From Candidatus Latescibacterota bacterium (GTDB lineage: Bacteria > Latescibacterota > UBA2968 > UBA8231), in assembly GCA_963422735.1 (NCBI GenBank), contig OY730476.1:4672001-4736000 (forward strand): a DNA stretch of 64,000 nt. The letters are read 5' to 3'. Below are positions 50,740 through 59,345 of this stretch, one piece after another. Every line of letters begins with the position of its first letter. Position 1 is the first letter of the stretch. The position numbers were made by a program, and so were the translations under genes. Under the pieces are notes generated by a model, which saw only the letters and a list, made by a program, of their open reading frames with translations, did no database searches and was not told where the DNA came from.

Positions 50740-51666
50740 TTAGTCGAGCTGGTTGTTCAAATGGCTCTTGACTCGACCCCAACTTGTGGCTTCGACGGCC
50801 GTTTCTTCCTCGATCTCGTCGGCCTCCAGCAAGATGTAGTCGAGCATCTGGTCGCCCTTCTGGTCTTGACCCGTAGAGCCGCCCAGCGGATAGAGCTGGT
50901 GCTTGGCACCGGTCTCGCCGCCGTCGCCGTCGAGCGGGCGCACGCCGATGTGGGTCACTTGATCCGCGGCGAATATATGCCGAATCGCCTCGTCTTGGGT
51001 CACGCCGTGGATGTCCCAAAGGGCGTTGCGGAACTCAAAGGTGTAGGAGACATTGGTCGAGAAATGCTCGGCATCCGGCGGATTGACGGTCCAAGCGATC
51101 TCAAAGATGTCGCCAGTAGGCTCGCCCTCAAACATATCCGAACTCCAGCCAATCGGCGGCAGGTCGATGTATTCGAGCAGGCTGTTGTACGCCACGGGCT
51201 GGCCCGGCAGCGGCTTGATGCGCAGGTGATAGCGCTGCGCGTTGAGGACCTGATCGACGTTTTCGCCCAAGAAGTCGCCGCCCGAATGGTCTGGGTCGAA
51301 GGTGATCTGGATGCAGTCGTCGTTCCACCATCTCTTCTGATCTTCTTCGATCAGACGCAGGGTATCGTCTTGGACGCGGATGAAGAAGTAGAAGCGGTTG
51401 TCCGGCGGCTCGCTCCACGCCATTAGAATGCTGACGTCGTAGTCTTCCTTGGCGATGGTCTCGCCCCCGGCGGTGAACATGCCCTCGGTCGTGAGGATGA
51501 ACTCCTCGTCTAGCCAGTCCCAATCGTCTTCGAGGCCGTCGATGGTCATGGCACTGGGGTTGGGTACGCCTGGAATGAAATACTCAGCACCGACGTGGGC
51601 GCTGGCCGGGCTGGCTAGGGCGAACCCTGCGGCGCAAGCGACAAAAAGAAAAAGGAGCTTTTTCAT
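50740..51666 (-). CDS. Secreted DOMON/CBM9-like protein with TAVEATSWGRVK C-terminal tail
   Basis: Signal peptide MKKLLF..ASA; IDG..DDW, FYFFIRVQDD and DDCIQITFD; GGAGG RBS. Confidence 0.7.
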   Translation of the reverse strand: MKKLLFLFVACAAGFALASPASAHVGAEYFIPGVPNPSAMTIDGLEDDWDWLDEEFILTTEGMFTAGGETIAKEDYDVSILMAWSEPPDNRFYFFIRVQDDTLRLIEEDQKRWWNDDCIQITFDPDHSGGDFLGENVDQVLNAQRYHLRIKPLPGQPVAYNSLLEYIDLPPIGWSSDMFEGEPTGDIFEIAWTVNPPDAEHFSTNVSYTFEFRNALWDIHGVTQDEAIRHIFAADQVTHIGVRPLDGDGGETGAKHQLYPLGGSTGQDQKGDQMLDYILLEADEIEEETAVEATSWGRVKSHLNNQLD

Positions 51667-51775
51667 GCTTTCCCTCCGTGGGATTAGTGGTATAGCTATC
51701 GACAATTCATCTTCTAAGAAGCACTATGTTACGTTTTTTAGGGGTGCTTAGCAAGTTCAATTTTCGCCGTTTCCG

Positions 51776-54412
51776 CTACTCCTGTCCGGTGCTGGCGAAA
51801 ATGCGAATGAACCCAAGCGAGGTGTTGCGATCCTCGGCCTCGAAGTTTTGCTGCTCTAGCTGAAGGCCCGCATTTAAGGTTAGCTGGTAGCCCAAATAGG
51901 CCGCCGTATTTGAGAACAGAATCGAATAGACGCGGTTGGTAAAGTCCTCGGCAAAACCGACTTGTAGTTCGGCTGGCTGGTCGCGCAAGTTCTCAAACCA
52001 ACTGAACTCTAGACCGAGCGCGATCCAAGTCTGTTCGAGGATCGCATAGCGCGAAATCAAGAACAGGGTTTCCTCTAGCTCGCGTATATTGGCCTGCGAC
52101 CGATCGGTGGGAACTTCGCGCCTGAAGGTGCTCTTCCACTTGGGCCAGATGGTTAGCTGCGGCCCGATGGGAATGGTGTAATCGGCTTTGGTTATTAGCC
52201 CGAAAAAGGAGCGGTCTCGCTTGTCGGCGGCCTGCTCACCCCGCTGGTTGAAAAGCTCGTGTTTGACCTTGGCGGTCGCCCTGAAGTTGCGGATGCGATT
52301 GTAGTTGGCCTGCAAATAGACGCTATTGACGAAAGTGTTTTGGTTGTCGAGCGGATCGGTAAAATCCGTCCGTCCCGTTGGATCGATCCACCGCAGGCGG
52401 TCTTCCGGGATGTTGTCCGACACGAATTTCGCGTGCTCAAAGAGTGCGACCCGCAGGCCCGGGAAGTTCCAGCGCACGGTGAACAAACCGTAGTTGGCCT
52501 TGCTCTTGCGCGCCGAGCTTAGCTGGCGCTCGCTCAAGCGGCCGAGGGTTAGCTGCGCGTCCTCGCTGAGCATCAGGCCGCCGTAGGCATTGTAGCCGCG
52601 GTGATCGCGGTCGTAGGGATAGTCGGGCTGGCGGTCGTCTTCAAAGCGATCGATCAGGGTGTTGTTGTTCATGTCCATGCCGAAGAGAAAGGCCGGAGGA
52701 TCAACCTCGTAGCGCAGGAAAGGCTCGTCGTAGTCGGGTCGCGAGTTGCGGTTTTGGTTAAAGTCGGAGACGAAGTCGTTGTTCTCGTCTAGCCCGGGGA
52801 ACACCTCTAAGTCGGCACCCACCGAGCCGCCCGAAGCACCCACCCCGGTGCCGAATTGGCCGGCCCGCTGCCAGTCTGCAAAGCGGTCTTGGTCGTCGTT
52901 GTCATCGACGAACTCGAAGAGGTGGAAAATCTCGCTGCTGTAATCGATGCCGCCCAGCGAGTTAGCCATGAACGCGGTCGTGCTGTAATCGGGGTCCATT
53001 GTGAACAACTCACCGTAAGCAAACCACGGATAGGTGGTATAAGACGCGGTGATATAACCGGCCTCTCCCTTGTCTTCGGCGAGGGTATGTTGCGCTAGGT
53101 TTTGGTTGGGGAAGCGCCGGAAGCGCCGGTTGCGCACGAATTCGGCGCGCAGGTCTAGCCCGCCGAGGCTCAGAATCTCGAAATCTACCCCGATTACATC
53201 GCTGCCGGTGGGCAGCCCGTACTCAAAGCGCAAAAACCGTTGGTTCGATCCATCGGAGATTTCGCCTTCGGCTTGCGCCACGGGCAAAAAGACTGGGTCG
53301 CCCAAGCGGTCGGTCTGCACGTTGGAAGTAACGTCCACTCGGTAGTCGTTGGCTATAATCAACTCGAACTCGATTTTGCTCGCCTCCTGATAGGTCGGCA
53401 CCTTCTCGGTGGGCCGGAAGCTGTTGCGGATGTCGTAGATCAGTTCGATGTTGTCCACACCTCTGGCCTCTAAGCTGCCGCCGGTGCGGATTCCGCCGCG
53501 GACGATTGGAGTGATTTCTGGGTGAATCTCGCCATCGATCAGCACTCGGTCGAAAAACAGCAGCGCGCCGTCGTCGCTCGACTCGGGCGAATCGTCTGAG
53601 ATCAGGATCGTCACAGTCTCGACGCTGCCCGTGTTCTGCGGCGTGGTCAAGACGCCCTTGAGCGAGTTGTCACCCATGTCGAGGGTGCTCCGCGCGTTGT
53701 GGGCGCTGACCCACGTCGCCCCCACCTTGGCGAAGTCTCCCACTTGGGCCACGCCCCGGCCGCCGAGCAGGCGGGTGGAGTTTTCCACGAGGGCTGCGGC
53801 CTCGGACTGGGTCCCGGCCGGGTTGGCCGGCGAACTGATGCGCGAGCCGAGGAACGTGAATGCGTACTTGTCGGATAGGAAGTCCCACTGGATGCCGTTG
53901 AAGGTCGGCTTGGAGAAGGTCAGTGGGGTCAGGGTAGTGCGAATGGCGTCTCCTACCGTCAGCGCGGTGTGAAATTGGCCCTTGTGGGCAGACGAGATCA
54001 CCACGCGGTCGAACCAACTGCTGTAGCGCGGGCTTTTGAATATCCCACTGCCCTGGCGCAGGGGGTTATTCTCGGTCCAGTCGTAAATCGTCCAGCCGCG
54101 GGCGATGTAGTTGCCGAAGGCATCGTAGTGGCGGTTGCCCTCTAGCTGTATATCGACGTATCGCTCGTATTCGTCGCGGGCGTAGTTGCTGTACTCCCAG
54201 CTCCGCCAGCCGTATTCGTAGAAGAGGTTTTGCGGCAGGTAGAACTTGCGGCGGTTGGGTGCTAAGGCACCGGGGTGGATTCGCACTCCGTAGATCCCGG
54301 GCTCGGCTATGGGACGATAGCCCGTAGTCAACTGAGCTGAAGTGCTGTCCCAGCTTAGCACCAGCAACGCGAGTGCTGCACACATAGCCGATCGGATGCG
54401 AGACAAATACAT
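51776..54412 (-). CDS. Large secreted or outer-membrane hypothetical protein
   Basis: Signal peptide; Asp/Asn-rich loops DDNDDQD, DENNDF and DMNNN; amphipathic beta-strands in the C-terminal third. Confidence 0.75.
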   Translation of the reverse strand: MYLSRIRSAMCAALALLVLSWDSTSAQLTTGYRPIAEPGIYGVRIHPGALAPNRRKFYLPQNLFYEYGWRSWEYSNYARDEYERYVDIQLEGNRHYDAFGNYIARGWTIYDWTENNPLRQGSGIFKSPRYSSWFDRVVISSAHKGQFHTALTVGDAIRTTLTPLTFSKPTFNGIQWDFLSDKYAFTFLGSRISSPANPAGTQSEAAALVENSTRLLGGRGVAQVGDFAKVGATWVSAHNARSTLDMGDNSLKGVLTTPQNTGSVETVTILISDDSPESSDDGALLFFDRVLIDGEIHPEITPIVRGGIRTGGSLEARGVDNIELIYDIRNSFRPTEKVPTYQEASKIEFELIIANDYRVDVTSNVQTDRLGDPVFLPVAQAEGEISDGSNQRFLRFEYGLPTGSDVIGVDFEILSLGGLDLRAEFVRNRRFRRFPNQNLAQHTLAEDKGEAGYITASYTTYPWFAYGELFTMDPDYSTTAFMANSLGGIDYSSEIFHLFEFVDDNDDQDRFADWQRAGQFGTGVGASGGSVGADLEVFPGLDENNDFVSDFNQNRNSRPDYDEPFLRYEVDPPAFLFGMDMNNNTLIDRFEDDRQPDYPYDRDHRGYNAYGGLMLSEDAQLTLGRLSERQLSSARKSKANYGLFTVRWNFPGLRVALFEHAKFVSDNIPEDRLRWIDPTGRTDFTDPLDNQNTFVNSVYLQANYNRIRNFRATAKVKHELFNQRGEQAADKRDRSFFGLITKADYTIPIGPQLTIWPKWKSTFRREVPTDRSQANIRELEETLFLISRYAILEQTWIALGLEFSWFENLRDQPAELQVGFAEDFTNRVYSILFSNTAAYLGYQLTLNAGLQLEQQNFEAEDRNTSLGFIRIFASTGQE

Positions 54413-54488
54413 GAGATACCCCTCCCTCAAGAGGCTTGGCCGATGAACGATATAGCGACCGAATGAGCTATTTGAAATGGTCTAAAAC

Positions 54489-55034
54489 TCAGTGTTCAAT
54501 CAATTCCGCTAACGGCAAAACCATCTCCGTCAGTTTCCAACGTATGCCTCTGCGTCGAAAGACCAACTTCACGTCTTTACTCAAGGAGTCATCTCTCTTA
54601 ACAATTACTGAGAATTTACTAAATGACTCGTAAGACGTGGAAGTATTTGCAAGCGGTTTGTAGTCGTTGGATCTTTTTGTATGGATATTGATAGATCCCG
54701 GGTTTGGCTTTTCACCCTTCATTAGTTCCGTTATGCTCGCCGGCGTAACGTACATGTCAACTATCTTTTCAATCATCATTCCTCCCAAAACCGTCCCAAA
54801 AGCAGCAAACGGATTGTCATCGGCTTGTTTAGCCATCTCCTTCCCAACTACCACATTCATCTGATCTTTCAGGCTTTGTCGCAGTGCCAAAAAGTCAATG
54901 TGTTCAGATAGTGCTGCGCCGTCTTGGTTCTCGGCAGCACTCTTTATTTTATGTAGAGTCAGATAGGGGCCGATGAAGATAAATCCGATTGTTAGGAACG
55001 CGATTATTCCAAGGCCAATCCCTGTCTTCTTCAT
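54489..55034 (-). CDS. DUF2939-like protein (low-GC insertion)
   Basis: GPYLTL..IK.AAE..D..ALS..IDF.ALRQSLKDQ and WKLT; visibly AT-rich. Confidence 0.78.
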   Translation of the reverse strand: MKKTGIGLGIIAFLTIGFIFIGPYLTLHKIKSAAENQDGAALSEHIDFLALRQSLKDQMNVVVGKEMAKQADDNPFAAFGTVLGGMMIEKIVDMYVTPASITELMKGEKPNPGSINIHTKRSNDYKPLANTSTSYESFSKFSVIVKRDDSLSKDVKLVFRRRGIRWKLTEMVLPLAELIEH

Positions 55035-55070
55035 CTTTCTCTTTTCTACGCCGCCGGACGCGGACGATAC

Positions 55071-57365
55071 TTAGTATGCTACGTTGATGATCTGCGCCCA
55101 GTTTTGGACTTCGGCTTGGGCGTCAATTTGGATGCGGCACACGTAAATCCCCGGGGGCACGCGCCGGCCCTCGTCGTCTTTGCCATTCCACTCATAGACG
55201 AGGAAGCCGTCGCTTTTGCGGCCGCCCGCCAACGAGCCGACCTGCCGCCCGTCGAGTGCATAGATATCGACCGCTACCGGGGCGTCTGCCTTTAATACCG
55301 CGAAGCGAATCTCAGCTTGGTCGCCGATTCCGTCGCCGTTGGGCGTGAGGACCTTGGGCGAAATGGCGACTTTGTCGAGCAGGTTCTCGGACGCGGGCAC
55401 TTCGGGCAGAAATACCGTGGTGGCCGCCCGCCCAGCCGGATCGACTTGCTGCCAGAACGCCATCTCGTCGGTGTGGCCGACGAAGGCAGAAAAGAGATAG
55501 GGATTGGCGAATACGTTGACCTGCAGGTCAATTTCGACCTTTTGCCGCCGGACGACTTGCGGCAGTTCCACTACTAGCGAGTCGGGCAACAGCGCTAGGG
55601 AGACCGGCTCGACCTCGGCACCGGCGACGCGGATGACCACGCTCTCGGCGGCCGCCTGCGACGGAGTATCTAGCCGCAGGCGGTTAAAACCCTTGTCGCC
55701 AGATTGGAAGTCCGGCTGCAACACGTACGTAAAGTTTTCCGGCTGGCCCACTTGGGCCTCGTTTGGGGCGACCTCACCGAGCGCCCCGTTGAGGAACGAA
55801 TCCGTGAAGTTGAGCCGCAGCCCATTTAGGGTGGGGGCCACGTCTGGGCTGTCCGATTTGAGCAGCACCCTGAACTGCACGTAGCGCCTTGGGCTGGGCG
55901 AGAGAAATTCCTGGCCGGAAAACAGGTACGTATTGCTCCAGCCGCTCCAATCGTCGCTCGGCCGAATGTAGGGCACGATGTCGCCCTTCCACCGCTTCTT
56001 CAAGGCGTTGTATTCGTCCTCGGTTACTTCGTGGCCCTTGCGGTGGTAGTACGCATTGCCCTCATCGAGACCACTGCCCGAGCGCGTCTGCGCCAAAATT
56101 TGCGTTCCTATGGGCAGGTCGGCGTCCCATTCGAGGGTGCGGAAAACCTTGGGGCTGTCGTCTATCTTGAGGAAGTCCGAGCGCAATTCCACTTCGGCTA
56201 CATAGCCGGTGGGTACGACGACGGCTTCGGCCATGGCGCCGCTGCTGCTGCCCCCGAAGATCATTTCGAGATGGCGCAGGGGCCGGTACGGGTGCATGAG
56301 ATAGGTGATCGGTTCGGGGTTGTTCCAATCACTTGGTGTGGGGAAGTCGAAGAGTATGTCGAAGTCGATGTCGCCGGAGGGCTTGAGCTCGCCTGTCGAT
56401 CCCAGTAGCCGGTGGCGCAAGATGCGCGGTCGCCCCCAAGTGGTAGTCTCCTGAAACGCGACGAAGATGACGCGGTTTATCCAAAAGACCGCGCCTAGAT
56501 CCCAGCGCCACTGGGCGATAAACTGGCCGGTCTCGCTCCAGTTGAGTTCCTCCCAGAAGGTGTTGACATTGCCGTCGATCATCTGCGGGGCGCGTTCCTT
56601 GCCCTGATCGTCGATTATCCCGCCCCGCGCCACGGTCCCTTGAGCGATATTTTGCCCAAACGAGATGACCTCGACTTCTGCGAGGGCCGCGCCCTCGCTC
56701 TTGCGGTCGGCTATGATGCGGATGTATTGGGTGGGAGCGAAAGACGTGGGGATGTCAGTGTCTTCAGCGGGTTGGCCAAAGCTCAGCACCTGTTTGGTCG
56801 CCTCGCCAAAGGCCACTCGATACGACAAGAGCGTCTCTTCGTTGCGCTTGGTCGTGCCGCCGATGAGGTTGAAGAGAAAGACGTCGTCGGTGATTGATTG
56901 GAACTTACCATCCGAGCCAAAGACCCGGAGTGCCCGCAGCGGGCGCGCCCCTTCCTCATCGGGGAAGTGCAGGCGCACTTCCTTGACGGCCACCATCCTG
57001 CCCAAGTTGATTTCGATCCACCAAGTGTCGATCGGATCGTCTTGGTTGGGTTTCCAGTAGGTGGTGGTGTCGTCGTCGATGATCAGGTGGGCATCGGCCG
57101 CGTTGGACCCGGCCTTCCAGACCCCGCCGCGTTGCTCGCCGGCCTTTTTTAGCTCGTGCGTGAACAGAGGGGAACTCGGCGCGGCGTTGAAGGGCTGCTT
57201 GAACCGCACCGGCTTGATCGACCCGTCTGCTCGCAGGTCGAGGGTGCCGTGCGGGAAGGTCCACGTCTCCCACTGCGCCTTGGTGTTTACTTCAAAGACC
57301 CCTTGAGAATGGGCAAAACTCGCTGGCAAAACCAGCGTCAGCAAACTAAGCCATAGTCGGTTCAC
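55071..57365 (-). CDS. Secreted protein with discoidin-like segments and FlgD-Ig/CHU_C-like C-terminal domain
   Basis: Signal peptide; IDDDTTTYW..WIEINLG; TPNGDGIGD; WNGKD..G..VPPGIY; ends VAY. Confidence 0.8.
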   Translation of the reverse strand: MNRLWLSLLTLVLPASFAHSQGVFEVNTKAQWETWTFPHGTLDLRADGSIKPVRFKQPFNAAPSSPLFTHELKKAGEQRGGVWKAGSNAADAHLIIDDDTTTYWKPNQDDPIDTWWIEINLGRMVAVKEVRLHFPDEEGARPLRALRVFGSDGKFQSITDDVFLFNLIGGTTKRNEETLLSYRVAFGEATKQVLSFGQPAEDTDIPTSFAPTQYIRIIADRKSEGAALAEVEVISFGQNIAQGTVARGGIIDDQGKERAPQMIDGNVNTFWEELNWSETGQFIAQWRWDLGAVFWINRVIFVAFQETTTWGRPRILRHRLLGSTGELKPSGDIDFDILFDFPTPSDWNNPEPITYLMHPYRPLRHLEMIFGGSSSGAMAEAVVVPTGYVAEVELRSDFLKIDDSPKVFRTLEWDADLPIGTQILAQTRSGSGLDEGNAYYHRKGHEVTEDEYNALKKRWKGDIVPYIRPSDDWSGWSNTYLFSGQEFLSPSPRRYVQFRVLLKSDSPDVAPTLNGLRLNFTDSFLNGALGEVAPNEAQVGQPENFTYVLQPDFQSGDKGFNRLRLDTPSQAAAESVVIRVAGAEVEPVSLALLPDSLVVELPQVVRRQKVEIDLQVNVFANPYLFSAFVGHTDEMAFWQQVDPAGRAATTVFLPEVPASENLLDKVAISPKVLTPNGDGIGDQAEIRFAVLKADAPVAVDIYALDGRQVGSLAGGRKSDGFLVYEWNGKDDEGRRVPPGIYVCRIQIDAQAEVQNWAQIINVAY

Positions 57366-57381
57366 GGCTACCGCTCCTTTC

Positions 57382-59343
57382 TCAATATGCCACACCCATG
57401 CTGCTAGAGCGCACGAACGTCTCGCGCTCAGTGTGGACTTGGACCACGGCGAGGTACAGCCCCGGCGGGACTACCTGCCCTTGGTCGTCGCGCCCGTCCC
57501 AAGCCACCGCATAGGCACCACTGGTGCTTTCGGCTTCGAGGACGGTATGCACTGGGCGCCCGGCCAAATCGAAAATTTCAACTGCGACTGCGACCGGCTT
57601 TACCAACTGCAAAAGGCTGTAGATCAGCTCTACTTGGTCGTTGATGCCGTCCCCATTGGGGGTGAAGACCGAACTGCTCACCGCCAAGGAGGACACCAAT
57701 TGGCTAGCCGAAGCGGCCGTTGTCAGCACTCGCAGAGCATTGGTCAGCACTTCTGGGTTGGCGTCCCCGGGCTGCACCCGCTGCGGTACGCCGCCATCCT
57801 CAGCTTGAGAGTCGAAGACCTCGGCCTCGACCGAGGTCCCTTGGATGAAAATCTGCGCGTCGAACACGGCGCGCATTCGGTGAATGCCGGCTTCCGGCCG
57901 CTGCGAGGAAAAGAAGATGGTCAGGCTGCCCGGATCCACCTTCACGTTGTCAGGTGTGACCTCGGTCCCGTCTTCTCCAGTGAAGAACTGCTGAAATACC
58001 GGCGTCGATTGGGGTGTAAGGATACGCAGGGCGTCAAAACCCGTATCTGCTTCCTCGATTTGGGCCACGACATCGTAGGCAAAAGTCGTAAAGTCTCCGG
58101 CGGTCACAATGGGCACGTCGCCGGGGGGACGGGGGATGTCTAACTGGGAAATCTCGGCCACCAAAACCTGGGCCACTGGCGGGATCGTGTGTTCGACGCT
58201 CAGCGATGTGAGCCGCAGGCCGTCGAGGATCGCGCTGCTTTCGATCCGCACCTCAAACTGGAAGTAGCGCCGTGGGCTGGGTAGCTGGATGGGCTGGCCG
58301 GACTCGGTGAAGGGGGCCGACCACAGGCTCCAGTTGACTTGGTCGTCGTCAACCGGGCCGCGCACACCCTCGTCGAGGGCCTTGTACTCGTCTTCGGTGA
58401 CGACCTGCCGCTCGCGGGTAAAGAGGTCGGTGTACTCGTAATAGACCCAGGGGTTATCGTCTAGGCCGGTGCGCATCACCACCGTCAAATCGGCGTCGGC
58501 GGCTGGCTCGACGACCAGCTCGTCGTCGCTCTGGCGCAACTTTTCTAACGTCCATTCCATGCGGCTGAAATTGGCCGGCTCCCCGAGGTCAATTACCTGT
58601 GATAGATAGGAACCAGCCGGCGCAAACCCCGTGCCGAAGAGCTGGAATTCGGCCAGTTCAAAAGGACTGGCCGAGGTGACTTCTAGTTCGATATAGCGGA
58701 CAAATTGCAGGGGAAAGTCGATCTGGGTCGTGTTCTCGCGGGTAAAGTCAACGCGCTTGATGGGGGCGTAGATCGGCTCGTCTCGCTCATTGAAGCTGGC
58801 GCCGTCGTTGACCTTGAGCACAAAGCCGCGGATGTAGTCTTCGCTGAACGGCCGCCCCTCCGAGCTGAGGCCCTCCAAGCGCGGAAAAAACGCGATCCGA
58901 TTGGCGGGAAAGCGGGTCCCCAAATCAAAGAAAAACTTGGTGCCGTCTTGGGCGATGCCAAAGCGCTTAAACGCGAGATGGGTGGAGGTGGTGTCGATGC
59001 CATCGACGATCTCCAAGAGGGGGCGTACGACCGCTATATTGTCCCAGATCAGTGCTCGGGCGCGCTCCTCCACGTAGTTAGGGGGAAATCCATCGACCCA
59101 GCTCAGGCTCGGAATGACGTTGTCCTCAGAGGTAAAGGCCACGAGCTGGATGGTGCCTGGCACGTCGAAACTCATCGCGGTGGAAAGCAGCTCATGCTCT
59201 CGCCAAGCGGCCCCTTCGTCCCCGCCCACCGTCCACTGGCGGACTTCCGCCGCCGCCGGCTGTGGGGCGAGGACTACAGCGGCTATGTACAGTGCCGCAA
59301 GGCGAGAAATTGTCGTGCGCAAGCCCATCGGTTGAAACTCCAT
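57382..59343 (-). CDS. Secreted protein with FlgD-Ig/CHU_C-like C-terminal domain
   Basis: Signal peptide; FTPNGDGIND; WDGRDDQGQVVPPGLY; ends VAY. Confidence 0.8.
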   Translation of the reverse strand: MEFQPMGLRTTISRLAALYIAAVVLAPQPAAAEVRQWTVGGDEGAAWREHELLSTAMSFDVPGTIQLVAFTSEDNVIPSLSWVDGFPPNYVEERARALIWDNIAVVRPLLEIVDGIDTTSTHLAFKRFGIAQDGTKFFFDLGTRFPANRIAFFPRLEGLSSEGRPFSEDYIRGFVLKVNDGASFNERDEPIYAPIKRVDFTRENTTQIDFPLQFVRYIELEVTSASPFELAEFQLFGTGFAPAGSYLSQVIDLGEPANFSRMEWTLEKLRQSDDELVVEPAADADLTVVMRTGLDDNPWVYYEYTDLFTRERQVVTEDEYKALDEGVRGPVDDDQVNWSLWSAPFTESGQPIQLPSPRRYFQFEVRIESSAILDGLRLTSLSVEHTIPPVAQVLVAEISQLDIPRPPGDVPIVTAGDFTTFAYDVVAQIEEADTGFDALRILTPQSTPVFQQFFTGEDGTEVTPDNVKVDPGSLTIFFSSQRPEAGIHRMRAVFDAQIFIQGTSVEAEVFDSQAEDGGVPQRVQPGDANPEVLTNALRVLTTAASASQLVSSLAVSSSVFTPNGDGINDQVELIYSLLQLVKPVAVAVEIFDLAGRPVHTVLEAESTSGAYAVAWDGRDDQGQVVPPGLYLAVVQVHTERETFVRSSSMGVAY

Positions 59344-59345
59344 GC

